Under the pieces are notes generated by a model, which searched no databases, was not told the origin of the DNA, and was given only the letters and a program-made list of their open reading frames with translations. A program made the position numbers and the translations under genes. From assembly GCA_020184695.1 (NCBI GenBank), contig JAANOX010000104.1, positions 62,001-126,000 of the forward strand: a stretch of 64,000 nt of DNA, read 5' to 3'. Positions 1 through 12,095 of this stretch are shown here, in pieces. This DNA comes from Histomonas meleagridis 2922-C6/04-290x (Eukaryota; Protista; Parabasalia). How positions within the stretch are numbered: the stretch's first letter is position 1; every line of letters begins with the position of its first letter.

Positions 1-325
1 TTTGGGTATAATCTAATACTAAATGTGGCGTGGTTATTTTTAGGAGTAACTTGGGAAAATTTGGATCCATAATATAACAGGAATATAAGATTATCTGTTG
101 TAATTTTTGACACTTCTGAAAAACGCGGATAAGAACCTTGCACAAAATTGGAGTTAGCGTGATATTTACGAGGCGAATAATTGTTTCTGATGTGTTGAGA
201 TATTTGAGAATTTGATTGATGACTTCTTCATCTTGAAAATTATAAACTTTACATGATTGTTGAAATTCTGCAACAATTGGATTTATATCTTTTTTTTGCT
301 GTGTCGCTCCTTTTCTTGGAGGCAT
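1..325 (-). CDS. Partial CDS (3' end outside window), possibly LRR/RNI-like protein
   Basis: Hand-translated open frame from ATG at 325: MPPRKGATQQKKDINPIVAEF...CQKLQQIILYSCYI...PHLVLDYTQ running off the window edge; LxxIxLxxC pattern. Confidence 0.55.
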   Translation of the reverse strand, partial: MPPRKGATQQKKDINPIVAEFQQSCKVYNFQDEEVINQILKYLNTSETIIRLVNITLTPILCKVLIRVFQKCQKLQQIILYSCYIMDPNFPKLLLKITTPHLVLDYTQ

Positions 326-1278
326 CTGCAAAAAACGTTTTTTTAACGTGCGACATTATCAATTGCAATTGAATATTCTCATAGAATATGTTGAATGATT
401 CTAGATATGCCACTTTTTAATTTCATCATGGTGTTTTTGAAATCTAATTAATTAATCTTATTTCATCTGTTTGAATACCACATACTTGATACCTCAAAAT
501 CAAATTTGATTTATAAAATATTTAATTTTGTTATTATCTAAACTAATCATGTTAATTCCTTACAATAATATTGATTTTTTATTAAAAATATTATTTAATA
601 TTTGAAAAATATATTCTGGATCATTTGAAATTCATAATTTACTAGATTAATCATCCTATGAACATTATTTGCGCCTTAAATTTTTCTTATTATAATAAAA
701 TCTTCACACATTATCATATAATAATCTTTGTTTTTCATTAGAATGTTTAATTATTATTATTTCTTACTACTAATTTCTTAATATAATTTTAATATCTACG
801 TTATATTTTGAGGTAGATATGTTGCAATTTATAATGTCTCATTTAAATTTTTTTATTTGATCTAATAAAGAGTGTATCTGCAAATACAAAAAATACAATA
901 TGTAAATGATTTAACTACTAATGTATTCTTGCATCAAATTCTTTAGAAATGAAATCAATGATATTCATGTATCTATAAATTTAAATTTTGCAAATTGCAA
1001 TATTTTAAAATTCCATTGAAGTTTTTTATTAATATTTCTGTTATAAATATAAAAGCACCTAAATGAATTACTGGCGAACACATTTTATATAATATGATTA
1101 TGAACGATAATCACTGAATCTTAATTAATTGCAATCAGCGTACAATGCATTCAACACGATTAGCCGAACAATTTTTGTTAATTCAATTTTATATGGATGA
1201 ACAATTTTGACTAAAATTGATTCAAAAAATTGAAAGATATCAGTCATTGAAAAGTAACTGCTCGAAGAAACAATCACC

Positions 1279-1284
1279 TCATTT
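1279..1284 (+). promoter_or_regulatory. Initiator (Inr)-like motif TCATTT
   Basis: TCATTT ends 6 nt before the ATG at 1291, matching the trichomonad Inr consensus TCA(+1)YT/A. Confidence 0.45.
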
Positions 1285-1290
1285 CTTTAT

Positions 1291-1935
1291 ATGAAAGTTG
1301 TTGTTATTGGTGCTACTGGTTTCATTGGTGCTAAGATATTCGAAGAAGCTGCTCTAAGAGGATATGATGTCGTAGCTATTAGCAGAAATCCACCTAAAGA
1401 ATTACCAAAAGGAAAATGTTCACATGCATCAGTAGATATTTTTAATTTACAAGAACTTGAAAAAGCATTAAAAGGAGCAGATATTGTTATTCATGCTTAC
1501 TGTCCACCAAAAGATTCTACATTTGAAAAAATGGAAGAACTTCAAGTTAATGCCACAAAGAATATAATTGAGGCAGCCAAAAAAGTTGGAGCACGTCGTC
1601 TTCTTGCTGTTGGTGGTGCAGGAACACTTATAACAAATGGTGCTCGAAATATGGATTCACCAGGATTTCCGCCAGCTTATATGCCATTAGCTAATGCTAC
1701 TTCAAAAGTTCTTTCGCTTGTTTTGGAACAAAAAGATGTTCCAGGAACTGTATTATGCCCATCAATGGAAATTTATCCAGGCGAAAAACAAGGCAAATTC
1801 AGGCTAAGTGGCGATGAAACAATATTCAATGAGAAAGGTGAAAGCAAAATATCAAATTCTGATTATGCTGTAGCAATGATTGACGAAATAGCCAATGGTA
1901 ATTATATTGGAAAACGCTTCACAGTTGGATACTAA
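1291..1935 (+). CDS. NAD(P)-dependent oxidoreductase, NADH-flavin reductase/YwnB-like (NAD_binding_10)
   Basis: N-terminal Rossmann motif VIGATGFIG, VGGAG motif, C-terminal SxxDYAVAMIDE...KRFTVGY typical of bacterial YwnB-type proteins. Confidence 0.85.
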   Translation: MKVVVIGATGFIGAKIFEEAALRGYDVVAISRNPPKELPKGKCSHASVDIFNLQELEKALKGADIVIHAYCPPKDSTFEKMEELQVNATKNIIEAAKKVGARRLLAVGGAGTLITNGARNMDSPGFPPAYMPLANATSKVLSLVLEQKDVPGTVLCPSMEIYPGEKQGKFRLSGDETIFNEKGESKISNSDYAVAMIDEIANGNYIGKRFTVGY

Positions 1936-2285
1936 ACATCTAACTAATCATTTTATTTTTCTTTGATTTTTCTGAGCAAACATTATTGTATATATCAAAC
2001 ATCTTAACTCATAAAATAATTGTACAAGATATATTTTGATTATTTAAAAACATTGTTATTGCTCCTTGAGCTAAAGTTAAAAATATGTACCTAAATTTTT
2101 TTTATATTATTAAAAATATTTCTGAGAACGTAAGAGATAAAATTATTGCTACATCATTATAAATTAATATTTTATAATTCGGTAAATTTCTTTTATCTCA
2201 TATAATTTTTATAAACGAATCTATGCACAAAGTACTTCTATATCTAAAACACACCAAAATAAATACAAACAATTCACACATTTAA

Positions 2286-3860
2286 TTAAATAAGCATTTC
2301 ATTCAGCGTTTTCATCCAGCTCTGTAAATCCAACCGTTCGTTATTTTCCGCTTTATAAATTTCATTTTGTATTTTCTTATAAAATTCAACCAAACGATTG
2401 TACCTCGCCTCAGCGTCTTGCGCCTTTCGCTGCGCTTCGTCAACAATTCGCTGTCTTTCCCTCATCCGATCGATAACCCTTTCGACATCAAATGCAGATA
2501 TGTTGTGAAACCTCTCAACACGTTGAATCAAATCGGCGTTGTTCTTGATTTTCTCAACTAATGTTTTGTTTTGTAATATTAGAGCTTGAACCTTTAACTT
2601 TAGTGATTCAATTGATTCATAATTTGATGAACTTTTTTGAACATGAAGTGAAGATTCTAATTTTCTCTTTTGAAGTGCTTGAATTTCGCCGAGAAGTTTT
2701 TCATTAGATTTACGGATTTTTTTTAATTTCTTTTTTAAAGTTTTGCAACAATACAAATCGACTTTTTGATAGGAGACCGTTTGCGTTGTATTATGAGCAC
2801 TTTTTTCTGTTAGGAACTTGTTTTCAGCCTCGAGCTCTTTGATGCGATGTTTAAGTGTAGAAAGTTCAGAAAGGAGTATTTCTTGCGTTTCTTCAAATTC
2901 GTGAGTTTCATCCATACGATCCATTTTTTGTTTATCTAATTTGGAAAGAGCAAGATCAAGACTCAATGATTCGTTGTTTACCTGAGTGAGAAGAGCTTTG
3001 TATTTTTGGTGCTTTTGCTGTAATTTTTGTTGGTATAATTTAATTTCTTGATATATTTGACGCTTTTTTTGAAGTTCACTAGTTGCACTTATGATTCCTT
3101 GGGATGTCTTGAGGATTCGTGTAATGAGGGCTAGCTGAGAAGGATTTGATGTTGTAGATAGATTTGAATTTTTGGTTTTGTATTTGGATATTTCTTTTTT
3201 CATTGTTTGTATTGACTCTTTGTACTCAGAAATTTTTGCTTTGATTGAGTTTTTCTTTTGCTGCATATCTTTGATTTCGTCATCAATTTGTTGAATGTAC
3301 ATTTTTTGAAATAGATTCGATTCACTTATTTCATCTGCATTTTCTTCATCTATTGAAACTTGTAAAATTTTATTTTGAAATTCTTGAGAATTTTCTTGAT
3401 TACTTATCCTCTCATTTTCTGAATTCTCCTGTTTTGTTGGATAATTTTCGTTGTTGTTATCCTCTTCATTTTTGATTTGAAAATTATGATCTTTTATTTG
3501 CAAAAATTTAGATTCATAATTTTTTATCTTTTTATCGATTTCAAGTGAAGATTCTTTTTCTTTAGAAATTTTGTTGAGAACTTCATTTGTTTCTTTTTGA
3601 ATTTTTTCTAAAATAATTTTTTGATTACATGTAAATATTTCTTTCTGAACCTGGATTTCATTTTTCTCTTTTTCCAATTCTTCGGTGTACTGATCAAGTT
3701 GCTTCTCATGTTGTGAGATCTCTGATGAAATTAATGTTAATATTTTTCTTTTATTTTCAATACTTTCTTCTCTATCTTGCAGAAATGATTCAAAGTCCTC
3801 GACTTCATTTGTTGCAAAATATAGTAAATCAGGGTTTAATTTTCTTTTCCCACATTCCAT
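2286..3860 (-). CDS. Coiled-coil hypothetical protein
   Basis: 524-aa ORF, E/K/Q/L-rich heptad pattern. Confidence 0.7.
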   Translation of the reverse strand: MECGKRKLNPDLLYFATNEVEDFESFLQDREESIENKRKILTLISSEISQHEKQLDQYTEELEKEKNEIQVQKEIFTCNQKIILEKIQKETNEVLNKISKEKESSLEIDKKIKNYESKFLQIKDHNFQIKNEEDNNNENYPTKQENSENERISNQENSQEFQNKILQVSIDEENADEISESNLFQKMYIQQIDDEIKDMQQKKNSIKAKISEYKESIQTMKKEISKYKTKNSNLSTTSNPSQLALITRILKTSQGIISATSELQKKRQIYQEIKLYQQKLQQKHQKYKALLTQVNNESLSLDLALSKLDKQKMDRMDETHEFEETQEILLSELSTLKHRIKELEAENKFLTEKSAHNTTQTVSYQKVDLYCCKTLKKKLKKIRKSNEKLLGEIQALQKRKLESSLHVQKSSSNYESIESLKLKVQALILQNKTLVEKIKNNADLIQRVERFHNISAFDVERVIDRMRERQRIVDEAQRKAQDAEARYNRLVEFYKKIQNEIYKAENNERLDLQSWMKTLNEMLI

Positions 3861-4555
3861 TTGAGTTAGGGGGGTCCAAATATTTACATAAAAAGTGACG
3901 GTGGTTCACAGGAACCATACCAAATTATAATTCCATATCTCACTTCAAGAAAAATATTTACATTAAACTAAACAAATTACATAAAATGATAAAAATATAG
4001 TAATCTAAGTTTTAATAAATCATTTAAAAGTATACTTGTAAAACTATCACCTCCAAATATTTTCTTGTTTAATCATTCAAAGATTATAAAATTTAATAAA
4101 CATTCTCTGTAATTGATCATGTCATGTAAAAATAAACGTACATTAACGTTCTTTTCTAAGAAACTAGCTTCTCAAAAATTGCGTTATCAGAACAAAAGAT
4201 GCTTCTAATTAGTCAAGATCAAATTCAATGTGAGTATGAGGTCTGAGTAACGATACCGAAAACAAACATTAACTACAATAAGAATATATATTTTGATAAA
4301 AAATGAACAAATTCTATGTGATTTGTTGTAAATTTTTTTCTGAGAGAAAAAAGTGACAGCGTCAAGCGTAAAAAAAAAAACGTCATTCAAAAACTCCGAT
4401 TTTTTCAATATTATAACCGTGCGATTGGTACGGTTATATACAAAAGCTGCATTCAAAAAATTCATAGTTTTATTTAACGTTCCCGGAAAATGGTCCTTCA
4501 ATTGAATAGTGTGCATACACAGTAAGTAAACAACTCAAGCAATGAATAGAATTTA

Positions 4556-6169
4556 TTAAACTTTAAATAATTCTTGACAATAGAAACTAAATGTTTGTGT
4601 ATCAGCTAATGTACTGTAGAATTCAGCGTCATGTTCATCGACGTCGATCATATATAACTCCTTGAAGAACCCAATCACAGGGTTGTCTTCATTTGTTGTA
4701 TCTCTTACTCTACATTTCTCCAATCTCTGCTTATTTACGAACTGACTTGTATAGTTCTGGAACTTCTCCAGTATACACTCGCAGTTCATAGGGCTGAATG
4801 AGTACTTCAGCTTTATTTGTCTCTTTAATTGGACCGCCATTAAATTATTAACTCTTTCTTCCCAAAATTCTTTTGCTTTTGGATCTGATTTTTTTGGCGG
4901 CGTTGCTTTCATCTCATGGATCTTAGCCTTTAGTCCTTCTCTGAGTTCTTTTGGATTTGGAAGATGTGGAGTATCGAGAGGATATTCGATTTTGTTCTCA
5001 TCCAGCCGAACAATAGTGATATCTGGAGACAACTGAATCGACTTAAGCTTTTCAGTAATAAGAGCCCCAAAAATAAACGGAACTGGTGAATCCAAATAAT
5101 CCAAAAATGAATCATCATCTGGAACAAGTGGTTGAAATGGACATTTGTATGTCATCGGGAGAATCAAAGGAAGTGCTGCAAGGGCACAAAATGTAAGTTT
5201 GTTAAGATCTTCTGATACCAAAAGAATCTTTTGCTCAAGAAGAACAGCGCGATAAAACCGGACAACATTTTCTTCGCTGAGACAAGAAAAGAGTACATCG
5301 AAACAATGCCGAGCAATTTCAATAATTGTCTCATTTTGTTTGGAAACATAAAGCTGATGTTCCCCATAAAGAGTGTAAAGACCGGGATTGTTGGCATCGA
5401 CGTGGATTCTGAAGTAAAAGTTGAGGGCTTTTGAAAAATCGCTTTGAATATCTATTGGCATATATGATGCAAAAAGTGGGTTTGCAGAGTTAAGGGTAAG
5501 CTGAGGATCGAATTGTGAGTATATGTTTCGTGTCTGTTCCTCGCATTGATGGAATTCATCAATTAGAACATTTTCGGGAATAAGGATACTGGACTTGCAA
5601 TTCTCGTTAAGAGTGCCTAAGAGAAGGCCAATGAAAAATTCATGGAAGTTGAAATGGGTGGCAAGCATTGGCATTGTAGTAACTGAGCAAAAACAAAAAA
5701 CAGCTGTTTCTTCAACCCCGTTAAGAAGCTTAGCAGCATTTGGGGGAAGTCTAACGTGGGAGCAAATACCGAAAATTAAGGTACCGGCATCATTTAACCC
5801 AAATACAAATTGATGTACAATATCGCCTTGAGTTAACTTGGGATCATTAGGATCTGGTATATTTGTTGGGAAACACAAGTGTGAAATCCCTGTAAATTCA
5901 GAAGGTGTAAAAGTAAACTTATGAGATGGATAAGTAAAAAAAAGCGTTGGTTCCTTATCGCCTTTTTTTAGTGGCCCAAGGATAAAGAAGTATTGAACAA
6001 GGTGTGCGTGTGTATCAACATTTGTTGGATCATAAACATGACCAACTGCTTTACGGAAAGATAAAGATTTCGCAATGTTGTCAAGATTAACATTTGCCTT
6101 GCCTTGTTTAGTTGGTGTTGGTTTGCCGAATTTCCTTTTCATCTTCGTAAATATAGAATTCGAACTCAT
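4556..6169 (-). CDS. DENN-domain protein (Rab GEF-like)
   Basis: uDENN-like FCFP...QFVFGL...IFGIC segment and cDENN motif LLEQKILLVS...LPLILPMTYKCPFQPLVP...LDSPVPFIFG; first ATG at 6169 (the track start at 6208 is TTG). Confidence 0.85.
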   Translation of the reverse strand: MSSNSIFTKMKRKFGKPTPTKQGKANVNLDNIAKSLSFRKAVGHVYDPTNVDTHAHLVQYFFILGPLKKGDKEPTLFFTYPSHKFTFTPSEFTGISHLCFPTNIPDPNDPKLTQGDIVHQFVFGLNDAGTLIFGICSHVRLPPNAAKLLNGVEETAVFCFCSVTTMPMLATHFNFHEFFIGLLLGTLNENCKSSILIPENVLIDEFHQCEEQTRNIYSQFDPQLTLNSANPLFASYMPIDIQSDFSKALNFYFRIHVDANNPGLYTLYGEHQLYVSKQNETIIEIARHCFDVLFSCLSEENVVRFYRAVLLEQKILLVSEDLNKLTFCALAALPLILPMTYKCPFQPLVPDDDSFLDYLDSPVPFIFGALITEKLKSIQLSPDITIVRLDENKIEYPLDTPHLPNPKELREGLKAKIHEMKATPPKKSDPKAKEFWEERVNNLMAVQLKRQIKLKYSFSPMNCECILEKFQNYTSQFVNKQRLEKCRVRDTTNEDNPVIGFFKELYMIDVDEHDAEFYSTLADTQTFSFYCQELFKV

Positions 6170-6820
6170 ATTTACAAATAATATTTCAACTTCACATGTC
6201 GAATACAACGAAGGAACTTTTTATACTGAAAAAGTGGATCCTGACATTCAAATATTTGAATAAAGTTAATCGCTACAGGTCTATAGCCGAAAAATGCAAA
6301 ATAACAAAGAGAATACATAACAATGCAAAATATGAACATCATTCAAAAAATAGAGAAGGGGGTTAGAAAGAAATTATATTGATTTATATCAATTTCATCA
6401 GAAGAAAGAATACATAAAGAATTTAGAATTAATATTCAGAAAAAGTTGACATTTGAATCAAATATGATCTGATTTGATTTTCTAAAATCTAACAAGCAAG
6501 ATTTGTCGGGAATATATTCATAAGGAAATGAACACAGCCTATCTATGAAATGAAAATATATGATATAATATATTTATCCAAAATATTCGAAAATAAAAAA
6601 TATGCCAAAATTAAAAATATGTTCATTTATTGTTAACCTCACCGTTTTTCTAGTATAATGATTTTATAAATATAAAATGTATATCTAACATGTCGAAATT
6701 ATGAATCCCTATGATTAAAAATGCTTTTTTATAAGAAAAAATATCTTGTTTTGTAAATCTTTCAATTAACTTTACTCAATAAATTTTCAACGAAAAGGGG
6801 CGCCCCAAAAATAGGCAAAC

Positions 6821-7420
6821 ATGAAAAGAAAAGCCGGACCAAAAATTGTTCAAAATGAAAGTAATATGCTCTTTATTTCTAATATACCTGTTAAAAATAA
6901 TTCGGTGTATCAGTTAATAAAATATTTCAAAAAATACGGAAGAATTAAATCAATTTTTTCATATGGAACAAATGCAACAATTACTTTTGATTCTGCTGAT
7001 AGTGCTAAAAAAGCATATGGAGATTCCAACCCATACCTTGGAAATAGATTTGTTAATATTTTTTTCCACAATAATCCTGAATTAAATGAATCTGATTTAA
7101 TGAAATTTTGCGATGAAAAAATCGTTAACGATTTTACAAAGAGCGTTAATGAAGAAGTCGAGAGTAAAATTAAAGAAACAACTGAATTACAAAAAGAACT
7201 ATATCTAAAACAGATCGAAAAACATCAAAAAATCATTAATACAACCGAGGAAATAGATGCCTTAAGGAAAACTAAAATAAGGTACTTAAAAGAAGCACAA
7301 GCTTTTACCGGCAAAAGTGATTTAACTGAAGATGAACAAAAAAAGCTTCAGATGATAAATGAAATTATCAAAGAAACGAATGAATTGATAAGTATAATGG
7401 AGCGTAACTCTGCAAGGTGA
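6821..7420 (+). CDS. RRM-containing protein with coiled-coil tail (RBM26/27-like RRM)
   Basis: LFISNIP...YFKKYGRI...ATITFDSADSAKKA...YLGNRFVNIFFH. Confidence 0.7.
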   Translation: MKRKAGPKIVQNESNMLFISNIPVKNNSVYQLIKYFKKYGRIKSIFSYGTNATITFDSADSAKKAYGDSNPYLGNRFVNIFFHNNPELNESDLMKFCDEKIVNDFTKSVNEEVESKIKETTELQKELYLKQIEKHQKIINTTEEIDALRKTKIRYLKEAQAFTGKSDLTEDEQKKLQMINEIIKETNELISIMERNSAR

Positions 7421-7839
7421 TAGTTATGATTGTTTGGATGTATATTAAATATCATCTTCACAATTCGTTTTTGTTTTAGTTCTCTTTTAAATTTGTGTGT
7501 GATGTTTACTATAATTTTGTCTTTGAAAGTTTAATTTTGTATTTTGTGATAATCAAATGAAACTTAGGAGGCGCTAAACTTTGATTTTTCTTACCTTTTC
7601 TTGGGTATATACTTAGCTTAATGGTATATACTTAAAAATCTTTGAAATTAAATGAAAAATTTATGAGTACCAACATCGAAAAAATCCCATTGGAAGCCAA
7701 TAATAAAGGCCTGAGATGGTAAGTTACTGAGTTGTGTAATTTTCAAATGAATCAAGTTTAATCCCAAAAACCAAAAATAAAAAAATAAATTTTCTTCTAA
7801 CTAAAAGTCCTATCGGCAAAATCATTTAACGTACATAAA

Positions 7840-9246
7840 ATGGAAGAAGAAGGGCGTCGCGGACGATGGGGCTGCGAAATCAAAAGGCTCTTTGGATCTG
7901 ACATTTATGATCATGTTATATATTATGATACTGTCGGTTGTTATCATTCTAAGAAACTTCAAAGGGTTGTTATCACAGATCGAAATCTTTATCTATATGA
8001 TTACAATACTAAAAACAAACCTGAACCATTTTGCAAGCTTTCTGATATTACTAATCTTGATGCAGATCATGAAACTCATGAAAATTATCGTAATCATGCA
8101 GAATATGATTCTCATCATATTTTTTTCAATCTTGGTAACAAACAATATCATTTATATACATTCGAAGCCGGAACTGATTTATTTTGGAAATTAAAAAATG
8201 CCATAGAATATGCTCATCGATACGAAGAATTTTCATACCATCAAAAAAAGCCAACTCAACCACAAAAGATTGATCTCATCCAAATCGATGGCAAAAGTAT
8301 TCCAGCTAATTCTTATTATACTAAACTTTTTAATGAGATCTCATCAAAAGTTGTATATTCCAAATCTTATTCAACTAAAATCAAATCGCTAAATGAATTG
8401 ATAGAAATCTCCAAAGAAAGTTTTTCGATCCGTACCACCTTTTTTCAATCCACCACATTACTCAATTATCTAATAGATACACTTGATTTCTTATCTGATT
8501 TTCATACAGTTCCTGCACAAATACGAACAAATCGATTAGAACAAGTTGAACTTATTAAAATGATTCTTAAGACTATTTCATTTTTTTTGCAAGGATCAAA
8601 TTCAGTCCGTGAATCATTACGACTTGTATATTATGATAATTCCCGACACTACAAAATCCTTTTTTATTCCATATTTCGTACTGAGTTTTTTATTTTATCA
8701 CAACCGACTCGATCTAATTTTTTTTTGAAGTCGATTACAGATCACGACAAATACTATGATCAACTTCAAGAAATCGAATTTTTAGGTGTTTCATTATGTT
8801 TTCAACTTTATACGTTAGGCATTTCTGCATGGCGATCCAAGAAAATTAACATTCCAAAAGATTTCTTTTTACTAATTATTAAAGAACAAGAATCTATGAT
8901 TATAAGTGGCGGATTTCATACGATTGTTTATATGTTGATACAAATGTGTTATACATTGGAATCGATGAGTCAAATTCCGGCATTGTTTGCTCATTCTTTA
9001 TATGATCATCTGTGGATTATAAACTATTTTACGTCAAATTTAAGTTCGGCTGTTAAGTTAATATTGGATGAGTTCGTTGTAGAATTTGATGTTGTTGTAA
9101 CTGAGCAAAGAATTTCGAGTTTCATCTCTGAAGATTTGAAGTTGTTGCCCGAAATGATTAAAATGATACGGAAAATTAGAAATAATATTCGGAATTTTCG
9201 TCAACAGAATTATAAAATTACAAAACTTCCTGTGCAATTTAGATGA
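7840..9246 (+). CDS. Hypothetical protein, PH-like N-terminus plus helical domain
   Basis: 468-aa ORF; VVITDRNLYLY resembles PH/GRAM-like strands; family not confidently recognised. Confidence 0.6.
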   Translation: MEEEGRRGRWGCEIKRLFGSDIYDHVIYYDTVGCYHSKKLQRVVITDRNLYLYDYNTKNKPEPFCKLSDITNLDADHETHENYRNHAEYDSHHIFFNLGNKQYHLYTFEAGTDLFWKLKNAIEYAHRYEEFSYHQKKPTQPQKIDLIQIDGKSIPANSYYTKLFNEISSKVVYSKSYSTKIKSLNELIEISKESFSIRTTFFQSTTLLNYLIDTLDFLSDFHTVPAQIRTNRLEQVELIKMILKTISFFLQGSNSVRESLRLVYYDNSRHYKILFYSIFRTEFFILSQPTRSNFFLKSITDHDKYYDQLQEIEFLGVSLCFQLYTLGISAWRSKKINIPKDFFLLIIKEQESMIISGGFHTIVYMLIQMCYTLESMSQIPALFAHSLYDHLWIINYFTSNLSSAVKLILDEFVVEFDVVVTEQRISSFISEDLKLLPEMIKMIRKIRNNIRNFRQQNYKITKLPVQFR

Positions 9247-10324
9247 ATTTAATAAATGTAAATATTTTGTTTATTTTGTTGATATACATGGAATTCACAA
9301 ATAAATATTTAATAACAGATAAAAAAATCCAGAATAATCAATTAATGAAATATTTTCTTTATTATAAAATGAAGAACCTTAATAAAGCGTTCTTGCAATT
9401 TTTTGATTAAAATCATAATCATGTTTGTGATATTTCTTGGTGTTTTCCATTTTTGTTTATTTTGGATTATGTTCTCCTAGAATTAATTCCTTTTGAAGTA
9501 CCCAATCATTCTTTATAAGTTCTTCATCACATAAATATTCAAGAAATGGATAATGTGTTGATTTTATAATGCATTACTAATTGAATTTTATTTCTGCTCC
9601 TTTTAATTGAATTGTTATTATTAATAAATTATATAATTTTAAAAACAATATATTTCTTATTTTGAAGAAAAAGCAAATCATTAGAAATTTCCAATAGTTA
9701 TATCGTATGTCTATGAGAAAATTAAATAATTTCATTGTTTTTTCGACCATTAATTCAAAATTATTTAGATCATGTTAAAAATTATCATTAATTATAGCAT
9801 GTATTATATTTCTATAGAAGGAAATTTGGATTTTTATTTATTATTTAAGGAAATTTTGCTGTTTGCTATATCATTCGACATTTGGTTTTAAACCATTATA
9901 ATTGGTGGTTGGTGAATTTGAATTTCAATATTAAAACGATTGTCTCAAATTATGATAAAAATATTATTACAAATATATAAAACATAGATTTTTTGATTTA
10001 AGTATCATTTAATTTCCAGAAAAATAAATCAATTAAAGAATTCATTTCTTACAAATTTCGGATATATAAATATTCTATGAATACTAGCAAAATAATACTG
10101 AGCAAATAAAAGCATAAAAAGATCCTGAAGTTTCACAAAAGCAATTTGAAAAAAACATATTTAACGATTGAATTCAATTGAAATTCTGGCGTAATTTGTT
10201 TTAATGGCATTTTTAAAACCGTTTTAAGTTGTCTTTAGGGCAAATGCCACTTTTCCTTACAAATCGAAAACTCTCAGTTTGCTAATTCATTCAACAAATC
10301 AAAAAAATAAAAATGAAGAAATCT

Positions 10325-11227
10325 TTACTTCATAATTCTTCCAGTAATTGTACGACGAACCTTTTGCTTAGGCTCTGGTTTAGCTGCATCAAGAATCTTG
10401 AGCATGCTGGCAGTCCTAGCGCGCATCTTTTGATGCATGAAAGCTTTAGCGCATTTGATGTGATAATGAAGATAATCTCTGAACATTGGGAGATAGAATG
10501 AGATATCTTGTTTCTTCCTATCGGAAAATTGTGCTGACTGAAGACTGATTGTGACGTATGCGTACATGTTTTTGTCCTTAGTTGGAAGATCAAATGCTCC
10601 TAAATCTGCTGGTGGATCATTGGAATATGTAACAATTGGTGCACTCTTAACACGTGTACGAGCTGCAGCTAACTCTTGGAAGAAGACTCCGGCAATGATT
10701 TTATCACCTGGATCACTGAAGCGAATTGAAAATGTTGCTGCGGCACCTTGTGATGTTGGTGTAACAAAATAGCTTTCCATTGTTGCCTTACGATACGGAA
10801 TTTCAAATGGAGCAAAGTTTGCCTTGGATGCAACTTGATCTGCAACGAAAATGAATGGAGCACCCAAAACATGGGCCTTCATTCTTGATGCAAGTGTTAT
10901 CATTTCCTTTTGCTCTTTTTCATTCATTTGGGAAAGATTGAATCTGATTGCGTGTGTATATTTGACAGTTCTGGTTGCAGCTGGTTCAATCTTATAATTT
11001 CCGTAATGTTTCTCGAATTCTTCAGCAGCACCGTATTCATTAAGTTCTTCGGCGCATCCAATGTACATGTGAATTTCGATATCATTTGTCTTTTTATCAA
11101 CATGAAGACGGAATTTTACTCCATCGAAATCACAAAATGTGTATTCACCGGAAAGCTTTTCATGTGGCATGAGGCTACGTTCGAGAAGGTTTCGGAGAAT
11201 TGCAGACTCGAATTCGAGAATAATCAT
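10325..11227 (-). CDS. ARPC2: Arp2/3 complex 34-kDa subunit (ARPC2/p34-Arc)
   Basis: MIILEFES start, CDFDGVKF, FRDYLHYHIKCAKAFMHQKMRARTASMLKILDAAKPE, KVRRTITGR C-terminus. Confidence 0.92.
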   Translation of the reverse strand: MIILEFESAILRNLLERSLMPHEKLSGEYTFCDFDGVKFRLHVDKKTNDIEIHMYIGCAEELNEYGAAEEFEKHYGNYKIEPAATRTVKYTHAIRFNLSQMNEKEQKEMITLASRMKAHVLGAPFIFVADQVASKANFAPFEIPYRKATMESYFVTPTSQGAAATFSIRFSDPGDKIIAGVFFQELAAARTRVKSAPIVTYSNDPPADLGAFDLPTKDKNMYAYVTISLQSAQFSDRKKQDISFYLPMFRDYLHYHIKCAKAFMHQKMRARTASMLKILDAAKPEPKQKVRRTITGRIMK

Positions 11228-11673
11228 CTGGAAATGTCCACTTCTGTGACGGTTTATTTGTAAATTGATAAGAACCGTTTCCCACATAATATATTGGGGC
11301 ACTCCGTTTGGCTTTTGAAGGAGGACAATTTTTAATGGTTTACAAAATTCATCCCATCTATCAAATGTTCTAATTGATCTAAAATAATAAAGTTCTTTAT
11401 CACTTACTAAAATGTTTACATATGTGATTTAATTAATTTAAAAATGTAATAAAATGATGAGATATGAAATGAAATATTTTGATGATTTCGACAAGATTTA
11501 AATTTTCTGGCTTACTTTTCATGATATCTTATAATCCTTTTGTTGTTTAAAGTGTCAGAATTATTTTGTTGTTTCGGTTTTGACTTGGTTTGTCTGATTT
11601 TTGGAAGTTGTTTGTCTTTATGTCACTTTTATTGGCAAATGTATACAAAAATAGACGTTAATAATTTTGCACT

Positions 11674-11679
11674 TCACTT
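11674..11679 (+). promoter_or_regulatory. Inr-like motif TCACTT
   Basis: TCACTT ends 8 nt before the ATG at 11688. Confidence 0.45.
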
Positions 11680-11687
11680 TGACTTAG

Positions 11688-12095
11688 ATGTCTGAGGAAC
11701 CAATACCAAAGTTTCCAGTTCAATTCACAGTTAGCTCTGGTGAGGAAAAGCCAGTTGATTTTGGGGAACACACAGACTTTATTTGTGCTCTCTTCTCAAT
11801 CAAAAGATTAGAAACACCAAATTCAACAGGAAAAATTTCAGTCAAAGTAAGCTACATGGATGTAGAATCAGGCGCAGAAGATGTAGATACAGCTGATATT
11901 GTTCAAAAGTCATATACACTCATTGAAATTGAAGAAAATGATTATACAGAAAAAGAAATCGAATTTCAATGTGTACATGAATCTGAAGCAGTTTTTTCAG
12001 TTGAAGGAAATGGAACAGTCCAATTAGATGGGATTTTAATTCCTGATATAGATTTCACAGAAGAAGAGGAAGAAGAAGAAGTTGCAGAGAAATAA
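11688..12095 (+). CDS. Nucleoplasmin-like (NPL) domain protein with acidic tail
   Basis: Beta-rich core ending FSVEGNGTVQLDG followed by a poly-Glu tail. Confidence 0.6.
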   Translation: MSEEPIPKFPVQFTVSSGEEKPVDFGEHTDFICALFSIKRLETPNSTGKISVKVSYMDVESGAEDVDTADIVQKSYTLIEIEENDYTEKEIEFQCVHESEAVFSVEGNGTVQLDGILIPDIDFTEEEEEEEVAEK

